Positions 1 through 9,052 of a stretch of 64,000 nucleotides of DNA are shown here, one piece after another; within the stretch, counting starts at the first letter, position 1; the number at the start of each line of letters is the position of its first letter. Below the pieces are notes generated by a model that saw only the letters and a list, made by a program, of their open reading frames with translations, searched no databases and was not told where the DNA came from. A program made the translations under genes and the position numbers. The DNA comes from an uncultured delta proteobacterium (GTDB lineage: Bacteria > Myxococcota > Myxococcia > Myxococcales > Anaeromyxobacteraceae): contig CAWHDZ010000007.1 in the NCBI GenBank assembly GCA_963828255.1, forward strand, positions 208,034-272,033, in the 5' to 3' direction.

Positions 1-106
1 CGGGGGTGGCCGGCGGAGCCAGCGCGGTGCGCGCCGTCTCCTGGGTCGAGCAAGATGCGGCGAGGAGGAGGGCGGGAAGGGCGAGGGTGGCTTGGACGGG
101 GCGCAC
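1..106 (-). CDS. N-terminus of a lipoprotein, truncated by the window edge
   Basis: GTG at 106 with GGAG upstream; reads MRPVQATLALPALLLAASCSTQETARTALAPPATP, a signal peptide with lipobox LAASC, open to the edge. Confidence 0.55.
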   Translation of the reverse strand, partial: MRPVQATLALPALLLAASCSTQETARTALAPPATP

Positions 107-192
107 GGGACGGCTCCGGATTCTGGGCGCCTCGGAACCCTTCCCGGGCGCCCGGGCTCCAACCTCCGTATCATCTGGAAGGGAGCGTGGGA

Positions 193-426
193 ATGGACGT
201 CACCGGCATCTGGAAGCGGCTCTGGAAGTCCCCCTGGCGGGCGGCGCTCTTCGCGGGCGTGGGCGCGCTCGTGGGGATCGCCTACTACGAGCTCATCGGC
301 TGCCGCTCCGGCGGAACCTGCGCCATCACCTCGTCGGCCTGGCGCAGCGCCGCCTACTTCGGCCTGGTGGCCGCGGTGGTGGGGTTCCCCGGCCGGGCGC
401 CCGAGAAGCGCCCCGACCAGGGATGA
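193..426 (+). CDS. small membrane protein, DUF6132-like
   Basis: ATG at 193 after GGGAG; two hydrophobic segments around the motif YYELIGCRSGGTCAITSS. Confidence 0.7.
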   Translation: MDVTGIWKRLWKSPWRAALFAGVGALVGIAYYELIGCRSGGTCAITSSAWRSAAYFGLVAAVVGFPGRAPEKRPDQG

Positions 427-451
427 CGCCGCACCCTCCGGGGTGAGCCGG

Positions 452-3400
452 CTACCACCTCTCCGATCCGTGGCAGCTGTTGGCGCACGTCCGGGTCTGA
501 CCGGTCGTGCAGCCCACGAGCGACGCGACGTTGTTGCACCTGTAGCCGGCCTGCGTTCCCAGGTCCGTCCTGGTGTTGTTGTGGAAGGGCGCGACCGTGG
601 CCGCGCTGGTGAAGCCCGTCGGGTGGCACTTGTCGCAGCGCAGGTTCCTGTGGTCGCTGATGGTGTGCTTGCCCGTGGTGGGTGGGTCGCCGTGGCAGCC
701 GGTGCAGCCTCCGCCGTCGGCCTTCCCGTTCACGTGGCCGCCGCCCTGCTTGATGGTGCCGTTGGCGTTCACCGACTGCGGGTGACACTGGAAGCAGCTC
801 ACCGCGGTGGGCGTCCCGGTGTAGGTGGGGTGGCCGGTGGGCGGCATGGCGTGGCAGGCCGTGCAGGCGAGGGGCGCCGTGCTCGACCAGACCGCTGTGG
901 CGTTCGATCCCGACACCACGCCGAGCTTGAAGTTGCCGTGGCAGTAGGTGGCCGAGCAGCCGGCCGTCACCGGGTCGAACGTGGGAGCCGCACCCCCGGT
1001 CCTCGCCTGCGTCCCGAAGACCACCGGGGACGGTGGCGGAGCGGTGGCGTGGGCCGAGTCGGTCGGCACCGGGTGGCATCCCGAGCAGGCGATGGGCGGC
1101 ATGAGGTAGCTCGCCGTCGTGGGGTTCGCGTGGCCCGTGTGGGCTCCCACCGCGTAGGACGGGGCGCCGGCCGGAGCGACCGGAGGGGCGGCGGCGAGAT
1201 TCAAGTCGGTGCCGGCGAGGTTGCCCTTGCGGGCCGCGTCGCCGTGGCAGGTGGTGCACCCCACCGCCGAGGTGTCGTTCAGCCCGTTCAGGTGGCCGCG
1301 GGCGGTCAGGTTCATGGTGCCGTTCGCGTTCACGGCCCTGGGGTGGCAGATGGCGCAGGAGGCTGCGGTGACGGGCGCCACGACCGCCACGTGGCCGGTC
1401 GGGGGCATGCCGTGGCAGGAGGTGCAGGTCATCGCGGCGGTGCTGGTCCAGGTGGGCGTGGCGTTCCCGCCGGTGACGGCGCCGAAGGCGAAGTTGCCGT
1501 GGCAGTAGGTTGCCGCGCACCCCAGGGTTCCCGCGGTGAAGGTGGGGGCCGCGCCGCCGGTCCGGGCCAGCGCCCCGAAGACCACCTTCTGCGCCGGGGG
1601 GCTGGTGGCGTGGGTCGAGTTCCCGGGTACCACGTGGCATTCCGAGCAGGAGATCGGTCCCATGAGCGCGGTGGCCGCGGTGGGGTTCAAGTGTCCCAGG
1701 TGTGCGCCGACGACGGTGGAGGACGCGTTGGGCGGCGCAACGGGGGGGGCCGAGGTCAAGTGGATGTCCACGCCGGCCAGGTTGCCCGTGCGGGTGGCGT
1801 CGCCGTGGCAACTCGTGCAGCCCATCGGAGAGGTGTCGGCAAGCCCGTTCAGGTGCCCCCTGTCCACGAGGTTCAGCGAACCGTTGGCGTTGAAGGCCTT
1901 CGGGTGACAGCCCGCGCAGGAAGCGGAGGTGGCCGGCGCCGAGACCGGGACGTGATCCGGCGGCGGCATCCCGTGGCAGGAGGTGCAGGTGAGCGCGGCC
2001 GTGCTGGTCCAGAGCGGCGTGGCGTTGTCCCCGGCGATGCCGTTGTAGGAGAAGTTGCCGTGGCAGTACGACGCGGAGCAACCGGTCGAGCCCGAGCTCC
2101 AGAAGGGAACCGCGCCGCCGGTCCTCGAGAGCGCGCCGAAGGTCACCCTCTGTGCGGGTGGCCGGGTGGCGTGCCCCGCGTCGGCCGGGACCACGTGGCA
2201 CTCGGCGCAGGCGATGGGGGACCTGACGGCGGTGGCGGTGGCCGGGTTCACGTGGCCGAGGTGCGCACCCTCCGCGTAGGCGGGGGCTCCAGGCGGTGCG
2301 CTGGGCGGGGCAGACGCAAGGTGAAGGTCGGCCCCGGCCAGGTTGCCCTTCCGCGTGGAGTCGCCGTGGCAGTCGGTGCACCCCAGCGACACGGTGTCGG
2401 ACCTGCCGTTCAGGTGTCCCCAGTCCACCCTGTTGATGGTCCCGTCGGCGTTCACCGCCGAGGGATGGCACCTCGCGCAGGAGGCGGCGTTGACCGGCGC
2501 GGCGACCGCCAGGTGGCCGGCGGGGGGCATGGCGTGGCAGGAGGTGCAGGAGAGCGCGGTGGTGCTGGTCCAGATCGCGATCGCCGCGGATCCGGTCACC
2601 CCGTTGAAGTTGAAGCTGCCGTGGCAGTAGGAGGTCGAGCACCCGGCCGAGGCCTCGTTCCAGGCCGGCCGCGCCCCTCCCGACCTGGCGAGCGGGCCGA
2701 AGGTGACGCCCTGCGCCGGCGGGTAGGTGGCGTGGACCGTGTCCACGGGCACCGGGTGACATTCGGCGCAACCGATGGGGCGCATCAACGCCGTCGCGGC
2801 CACCGGGTTCACGTGCCCGGCGTGGGCGCCGACGGCGAAGGCGGGCGCGCCGGGGGGCGCCGCCGGGGGAGCCGAGCCGAGGTTCACGTCGGTGCCCGGG
2901 AGGTTGCCCGTCCGCGTGTCGTCACCGTGGCACGAGGTGCAGCCCAGGGCGGTCACGTCGGCCTTGCCGTTCAGGTGGCCCCGGTCGGCCAGGTTGATCG
3001 ACCCGTCGGCGTTGACCGCCGCGGGGTGGCAACTGGCGCAGGAGGCGGCGACGACCGGCGCGGCGACGGCCAGGTGGCCCACGGGCGGCATCTCGTGGCA
3101 GGAGGTGCAGGTCATCGGGGTGGTGTCGGTCCAGACCGGCGTCGTGCTCGTCCCGGAGACCGCGTTGAAGCTGAAGTTCCCGTGGCAGTACGAGGCCGCG
3201 CAGCCCGCGCTGCCGGCCACGAAGGTGGGCGTGGCGCCGCCTGCGGTGGCGATGGGTCCGAAGACGACCCGGGCGAGCGGCGGGGTCGAGGCGTGCGCGG
3301 AGTCGGCGGGCACGACGTGGCACTCGGCGCAGGCGATGGGCCCCATGATGGCCCTGAAGTCGACCGGGTTCACGTGCCGCTCGTGGGCGCCCACCGCGAA

Positions 3401-5701
3401 GGCGGGCGCATTGGGAGGAGCGACCGGAGGCGCCGAGATGAGGTTGGGGTCGGTGCCCGGGAGCAGCGGCTTCCGCATCTCGTCGCCGTGGCAGGCGGTG
3501 CACCCGAGAGCGGCCACGTCGGCCAGGCCGTTCAGGTGGGCGCCGCCGAGCAGGATGTCGCCGGCCGCGTCCACCGTCTGGGGATGGCATGCGCCGCAGG
3601 AGGCGGCCGTGATCGATCCGGCCAGCGGCGGGTGGCCGGTTGGCGGCATCCCGTGGCAACCGGTGCAGGCGAGCGGTGCGGTGCTGGTCCAGAGCGGCGT
3701 GGCGTTCGATCCGGAGACGCCGTTGTAGGTGAAGTTGCCGTGGCAGTACGAGGCCGCGCACCCGGCGGTCCCGGCGACGAAGGTCGGCGTGGCCCCGCCC
3801 GTCCTCGAGAGAAGGCCGAAGGTCACGCGCTGCGCAGGCGGGTTCCGCGCATGGGTCGCGTCGGTGGGAATGACGTGGCACTCGGCGCAGGCGATGGGGT
3901 TCATGACGGCCGACGCGCCCGCGGGGTTCACGTGCCCTTCGTGGGCGCCCGCGGAGTAGGCCGGAGCGCCGGGGGAGGAGACGGGAGGTGACGAGGTGAG
4001 GTCGATGTCCGTGCCCGGCAGGTTCGGGATGCGCCCCGCGTCGCCGTGGCAGCCGGTGCATCCCAGGCTGGCGACGTCGGCCTTGCCATTCATGTGGCCG
4101 CGCTCGACCAGGTTGACCGACCCGTCGGTGTTGAGTGCGGAGGGATGGCAGGTCGCGCACCCGGCGGAGCTGGCGGGCGCCGCGACGGCCACGTGGCCGG
4201 TCGGGGGCATCCCGTGGCAGGAGGTGCAGGTGAGGGGGTTCGGGTCGGTCCAGATGGGCGTGGCCAGCGCGCCCTTGACCCCGTTGAAGTCGAAGTTGCC
4301 GTGGCAGTACGAGGCGGCGCAGCCCGCGGTCCCGGCGGCGAACGTGGGGGCGGCGCCCCCGGTTCGCGAGAGGGCTCCGAAGACCACCTTCTGGGCAGGG
4401 GGCGCGGTGGCGTGCGCGAAGTCGCTGGGGACGACGTGGCACTCGGCGCAGTCCATGGGCCCCATGAACGCCCCCGCCTGGTACGGATTCAGGTGGGCCA
4501 GGTGGGCCCCGGTGGAGTAGGCCGGTGCGCCGGCGCTGGCGGCCGGAGGGGAGGAGGCCAGGTTCACGTCGGCGCCCGCCATGTTGCCGGTTCGCCCCTC
4601 GTCTCCGTGGCAGCTCGTGCAGCCGAGCGCCGCCACGTCGGCCTTGCCGTCCAGGTGGGCGCCGCCGGACACGATGGCGCCCGAGGCGTCCACCGACGTC
4701 GGGTGGCAGCCGCTGCAGGAGACCGCGGAAGTCCCCTGGACCAGGGGATGTCCGGTGGGAGGCATGCCGTGGCAGGAGGCGCAGCCGATGGGGGCGGTGT
4801 CGGTCCAGATCGGCGTGACCGTCGAGCCGGACACCCCGTTGAAGGAGAAGTTTCCGTGGCAGTAGGTGGCGGCACAGCCGGCGGTCCCGGCCACCCAGGT
4901 CGGCGACGCGGCGCCGGTGGAGGCGAGGGTCCCGAAGACCACCGTCCGGGCCGGAGGCGCCATGGCGTGGACGTCGTCGGTCGGCACCTGGTGGCACTCG
5001 GCGCAGGCGAGAGGCGGCATCACCGCGCTTGCCGGCATGGGATTGACGTGGCCGAGGTGGGCGCCCACCGAGGAGGGCGGGGCGCCAGGCGACGAGGCCG
5101 GTGGGGACGAGGCCAGGTAGATGTCGGTTCCGGGGACGTTGGGGATGCGGGACGCGTCGCCGTGGCACTCCATGCAGCTGTTGGCCGCGATCTCCGCCAT
5201 CCCGTTCAGGTGCGCGCCGCCGGACACGTTGATGCTGCCATCAGGCTTCACGGTCCCGGAGTGGCAGGCGTTGCAGCTCGCCGGAGTCGCGCCCGTCGCC
5301 ATCGCTGGATGGCCTGTGGGCGGCATGGCGTGGCAGGAGTCGCAGGTCATGAGGGCCGAACCGGTCCACCCGACCTTTGCGCCGGACCCCTGCACGCCCC
5401 GGAAGGTGAAGCTCCCGTGGCACATGACGTTGCTGCAGGTCTTGGCCACCGGGTCGAAGGTTGCGCCAGCCGCCATGACCATCGGGTTCTGGGAGAAGTC
5501 CACCGCGAAGCCCGTGGGGGCGTGGCAACCGGCGCAGGTGACTCCAGAGGAGAAGGCGCCGCCGCGGAGGTGGTTGGCGTGGAGGGCTCCTGCCGGCGCG
5601 ACCACCGCGGGGGCGGAACTCGAGGTGGTTGCTCCACATCCGGCGATGAACGAAGCGATGCTCGAGACGACCAGGAGGAGGTTCAGACGGGGGGCTCGCA
5701 T
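452..5701 (-). CDS. lipoprotein multiheme cytochrome c, CxxxxCH/CxxCH-repeat type, 1749 aa, ~47 heme motifs
   Basis: Lipobox FIAGC. Manual count 37 CxxCH + 10 CX3-4CH: a 4-motif N-cap, 8 five-heme modules and a 3-motif C-cap ending CHGSERW. Confidence 0.93.
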   Translation of the reverse strand: MRAPRLNLLLVVSSIASFIAGCGATTSSSAPAVVAPAGALHANHLRGGAFSSGVTCAGCHAPTGFAVDFSQNPMVMAAGATFDPVAKTCSNVMCHGSFTFRGVQGSGAKVGWTGSALMTCDSCHAMPPTGHPAMATGATPASCNACHSGTVKPDGSINVSGGAHLNGMAEIAANSCMECHGDASRIPNVPGTDIYLASSPPASSPGAPPSSVGAHLGHVNPMPASAVMPPLACAECHQVPTDDVHAMAPPARTVVFGTLASTGAASPTWVAGTAGCAATYCHGNFSFNGVSGSTVTPIWTDTAPIGCASCHGMPPTGHPLVQGTSAVSCSGCHPTSVDASGAIVSGGAHLDGKADVAALGCTSCHGDEGRTGNMAGADVNLASSPPAASAGAPAYSTGAHLAHLNPYQAGAFMGPMDCAECHVVPSDFAHATAPPAQKVVFGALSRTGGAAPTFAAGTAGCAASYCHGNFDFNGVKGALATPIWTDPNPLTCTSCHGMPPTGHVAVAAPASSAGCATCHPSALNTDGSVNLVERGHMNGKADVASLGCTGCHGDAGRIPNLPGTDIDLTSSPPVSSPGAPAYSAGAHEGHVNPAGASAVMNPIACAECHVIPTDATHARNPPAQRVTFGLLSRTGGATPTFVAGTAGCAASYCHGNFTYNGVSGSNATPLWTSTAPLACTGCHGMPPTGHPPLAGSITAASCGACHPQTVDAAGDILLGGAHLNGLADVAALGCTACHGDEMRKPLLPGTDPNLISAPPVAPPNAPAFAVGAHERHVNPVDFRAIMGPIACAECHVVPADSAHASTPPLARVVFGPIATAGGATPTFVAGSAGCAASYCHGNFSFNAVSGTSTTPVWTDTTPMTCTSCHEMPPVGHLAVAAPVVAASCASCHPAAVNADGSINLADRGHLNGKADVTALGCTSCHGDDTRTGNLPGTDVNLGSAPPAAPPGAPAFAVGAHAGHVNPVAATALMRPIGCAECHPVPVDTVHATYPPAQGVTFGPLARSGGARPAWNEASAGCSTSYCHGSFNFNGVTGSAAIAIWTSTTALSCTSCHAMPPAGHLAVAAPVNAASCARCHPSAVNADGTINRVDWGHLNGRSDTVSLGCTDCHGDSTRKGNLAGADLHLASAPPSAPPGAPAYAEGAHLGHVNPATATAVRSPIACAECHVVPADAGHATRPPAQRVTFGALSRTGGAVPFWSSGSTGCSASYCHGNFSYNGIAGDNATPLWTSTAALTCTSCHGMPPPDHVPVSAPATSASCAGCHPKAFNANGSLNLVDRGHLNGLADTSPMGCTSCHGDATRTGNLAGVDIHLTSAPPVAPPNASSTVVGAHLGHLNPTAATALMGPISCSECHVVPGNSTHATSPPAQKVVFGALARTGGAAPTFTAGTLGCAATYCHGNFAFGAVTGGNATPTWTSTAAMTCTSCHGMPPTGHVAVVAPVTAASCAICHPRAVNANGTMNLTARGHLNGLNDTSAVGCTTCHGDAARKGNLAGTDLNLAAAPPVAPAGAPSYAVGAHTGHANPTTASYLMPPIACSGCHPVPTDSAHATAPPPSPVVFGTQARTGGAAPTFDPVTAGCSATYCHGNFKLGVVSGSNATAVWSSTAPLACTACHAMPPTGHPTYTGTPTAVSCFQCHPQSVNANGTIKQGGGHVNGKADGGGCTGCHGDPPTTGKHTISDHRNLRCDKCHPTGFTSAATVAPFHNNTRTDLGTQAGYRCNNVASLVGCTTGQTRTCANSCHGSERW

Positions 5702-5723
5702 GTTCCCCCCAGCCTAGTCGTTG

Positions 5724-5770
5724 ATTCATGGTATGAATACTATAAGTACTCTAATTTATTATGTAATAAA
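5724..5770. promoter_or_regulatory. AT-rich upstream region with two perfect inverted repeats
   Basis: ATTCAT-ggt-ATGAAT (5724-5738) and TTTATTA-tg-TAATAAA (5755-5770), directly upstream of the ATG at 5701. Confidence 0.5.
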
Positions 5771-5829
5771 ATGTAGGTGCTGGTGCGATATCGCCACGAC
5801 GGCGACCGGGCACAGTGGGTCCCAGGAGG

Positions 5830-8800
5830 CTACCACTTCTCCGCCTTGTGGTCCTTGCCGTGGCAGTTGACCGTGCAGTTGCCGAAGGTCGTGCCCGTCG
5901 GCGAGCACCCCTTGAGCCCGCAGCTGTAGCCAGCCTGGGTGCCCAGGTCCACGACGTCGTTCTGGTGGAAGGCCCCCACGGCGGTCGTGCTTGTGTAGCC
6001 GGTGGGGTGGCAGCCGTCGCAGCGTTCCTTCCGGTGCTCGCCGTGCTCACGCGTCGTGGGGGGGGAGCCGTGGCAGGCGGTGCAGCCGCCGCCGTCGGCC
6101 TTCCCGTTCACGTGGCCGCCGCCCTGCTTGATGCTCCCGTCCGAGTTCACCGACTGCGGGTGGCACTGGAAGCAGCTCGCCGCGGTGATGGCGCCGGCGT
6201 AGGTCGGGTGGCCCGTGGGCAGCATGCCGTGGCAGGAGCTGCAGGTGAGCGGCGTGGTGGTGGTCCAGATCGGGGTCGCGTTCGAGCCCTTCACCGCACC
6301 GAACGTGAAATTGCCGTGGCAGTAGGTGGCCGAGCAGCCCGCGGTGGTGGCGTTGAAGGTGGGCAGGGCGCCGCCGGTCCTCGAGAGGGCGCCGAAGACC
6401 ACCACGGTGGCCGGGGGACTCGTGGCGTGGGCCACGTCGGCCGGGACGACGTGGCACTCGGCGCAGGCGATGGGGGCCATCATGTAGCTCGCCGCGGTGG
6501 GGTTCATGTGCCCCATGTGCGTGCCCACCGCGTAGGCCGGTGCGCCGGGCTGCGCCACGGGAGGCGCGGAGGTCAGGTTGGCGTCGGTGCCGGGGAGGTT
6601 GGGCTTCCGGTTCGCGTCGCCGTGGCAGCTGTTGCAGGCCATGTTGTTCACGTCGGGCTTGCCGTTGATGTGCCCCTTGGCGGTGGCGTTGATGGAGCCG
6701 TTCGCATTCACCGCGTCGGGGTGGCAGACGGCGCAGGAGGCCGCGGTCGCCGAGGAGACGGCGAAGTGGCCGGTGGGCGGCATCCCGTGGCACGAGGTGC
6801 AGGTGAGGGGGGCGGTGTCGGTCCAGAGCGGCGTGGCCCTGGCCCCGACGACCCCGTTGAAGGTGAAGTTGCCGTGGCAGTAGGTGGCGGCGCATCCGGT
6901 GGTCGTGCTGGTCCAGGTGGGGATGGCGCCTCCGCTGCGCGCGATCGCGCCGAAGACCACCTTCTGGGCGGGCGGGGTCCTGGCGTGGGCCGAGTCCACC
7001 GGGACGACGTGGCACTCGGTGCAGGCGATGGGGGCCATCATGTAGGTGGCCGCCGTGGGGTTCATGTGCCCCTGGTGCGCCCCGACGGCGTATGGCTTGG
7101 CGTTCGGCGTCGCGGCGGGCGGCGCCGAGATGAGGTTCGTGTCGGTGCCGGCGAGGTTGCCCGTGCGGTTCGCGTCGCCGTGGCAGGCCGAGCAGCCGAG
7201 CGCGGAGGTGTCGGAGACGCCGTTCAGGTGCCCCCTGGCCACGAGGTTGATCGACCCGTTTGCGTTGACCGCATTCGGGTGGCAGGGCGCGCAGGAGGCC
7301 GCCGTGACCGGGGAGGTGACCGGCATGTGCCCGGTGGGAGGCATGCCGTGGCAGGAGGTGCAGGTCATGGGGGCGGCGTCGGTCCAGACCGGGGTGGCGC
7401 TGGAGCCGGTGATGCCGGCGAAGTTGAAGTTGCCGTGGCAGTAGGTGGCCGCGCAGCCGAGCGACCCGGCCACGTAGGTGGGGGCCGCGCCCCCCTTCCT
7501 TGCCAACGTTCCAAACACCACCGTCTGGGGCGACGGGTTCGAGGCGTGGCCGAAGTCGGAGGGGACCACGTGGCACTCGGAGCAGGCCATCGGCGCCATG
7601 AGGGCCGAGGCCGCCGACGGGTTCAGATGGCCGAGGTGGGCGCCGACGGCGGTGGCGGGCGCGCCGGTGGTCGTCCTGGGCGGGGCCGACTTGAGGTTCA
7701 TGTCGGTTCCGGCGAGCGCTCCGACGCGGGCGGCGTCGCCGTGGCAGTCCACGCAGCCGACGTCGGCGATGTCGGCGCGCCCGTTCATGTGGAAGCCGGC
7801 CAGGACGACGAGACCGGCGGCATCGACGGTCTGGGGGTGGCAGGCGCTGCAGGAGGCGGCGGACGTCCCGGTGACGGGGGGATGGCCGGCTGGGGGGCAT
7901 GGCGTGGCACGAGGCGCAGGCGATGCGGGTGGTGTCGCTCCAGATCGGGGTCGCCGTCGAGCCGGTGATGTTCGTCGCCGCCTGGCCGGCGACGAGCGGG
8001 GTCGTCCTGAACGAGAAGTTCCCGTGGCAGTAGGTGGCCGAGCAGCCGGCGGTGACGGGGTTGAACGTGGGACTGGCGCCGTTGGCGGTCGCCATGGCCC
8101 CGAAGACGACCTTCTGCGCAGGGGGGACCGTGGCGTGGAGCGCGTCGGTCGGCACCAGATGGCACTCGTTGCAGGCGGTCGGGTGGGCCGCGGCGATGGC
8201 CGGGTTCGGGTTCAGGTGGATGAGGTGCGCGCCGTCCGCGTAGGCGGGCGCGCCGGCCGGAGAGATGGGCGGGGCCGAGGTGAGGAAGGGGTCGACGTTC
8301 GCCATGCCGGGGAGGCGGGCCGGGTCGCCGTGGCAGGCCGAGCAGTCGCCGCCGGTCACCTCGGCAAGGCCGTTCATGTGGGCTCCGAAGGCGATGTTGA
8401 TGGTGCCGTCGGCGTTCACGGTGTCGGCGTGGCATCCGGAGCAAGACGCGGCGTCCTGGCCGCCCACCCTGGGGTGTCCGGTCGGCGGCATGGCGTGGCA
8501 GGACCCGCAGGTGAGCGGGGTGGTGTCGGGCCAGGCCGGGGCCGCGCGCGTGCCCGTCACTGTACCCATGGTGAAATTGCCGTGGCAGGAGACGTTGCTG
8601 CAGGTCTTCGACGACGGGTCGAAGGTCGCGCCCGCCTGGTGGACCGACGGGTTCTGGGAGAAGTCGACGACGAATCCGGTCGGTGCGTGGCAGCCCGCAC
8701 AGGTGACGGAGGGGCCCATCGAGCCTGCCACCAGGTGGGTCTGGTGGTTCGTGCCCTGCGGCACGACCCCCGACGCGGTCCCGTCCGTGCTGGCGCCCTG

Positions 8801-8866
8801 GCACCCGAGGACCACGGAGGAGAGGAGGACGACCGCCGAACCGGTACGGAAATGGAGCGCGCGCAT
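5830..8866 (-). CDS. lipoprotein multiheme cytochrome c, ~1011 aa after correcting one +1 indel, ~27 heme motifs
   Basis: ORF 6047..8866 supplies the N-terminus (lipobox VVLGC) up to CASCHAMPP. Removing one G from the G6 run at 7892-7897 continues AGHPPVTGTSAASCSACH into ORF 5830..7788. Same caps as 452..5701 but with 4 modules. Confidence 0.88.
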
Positions 8867-9052
8867 TGCCCCCTCTGTAGTCCGGGATTCACGGTACTTC
8901 TAGTGTAAACAGGACGCGCCGAGTCGATCCCTGTAATTGCCCGTAAAGACTCGTCCTTACTATGATAATTTACCAATGAAGGGGCCCGGCATTCACGACT
9001 GCTCCCTTCATCCGAAACGGTCTCGAAATCGAAAACTTCTCACGCCTCCGGG

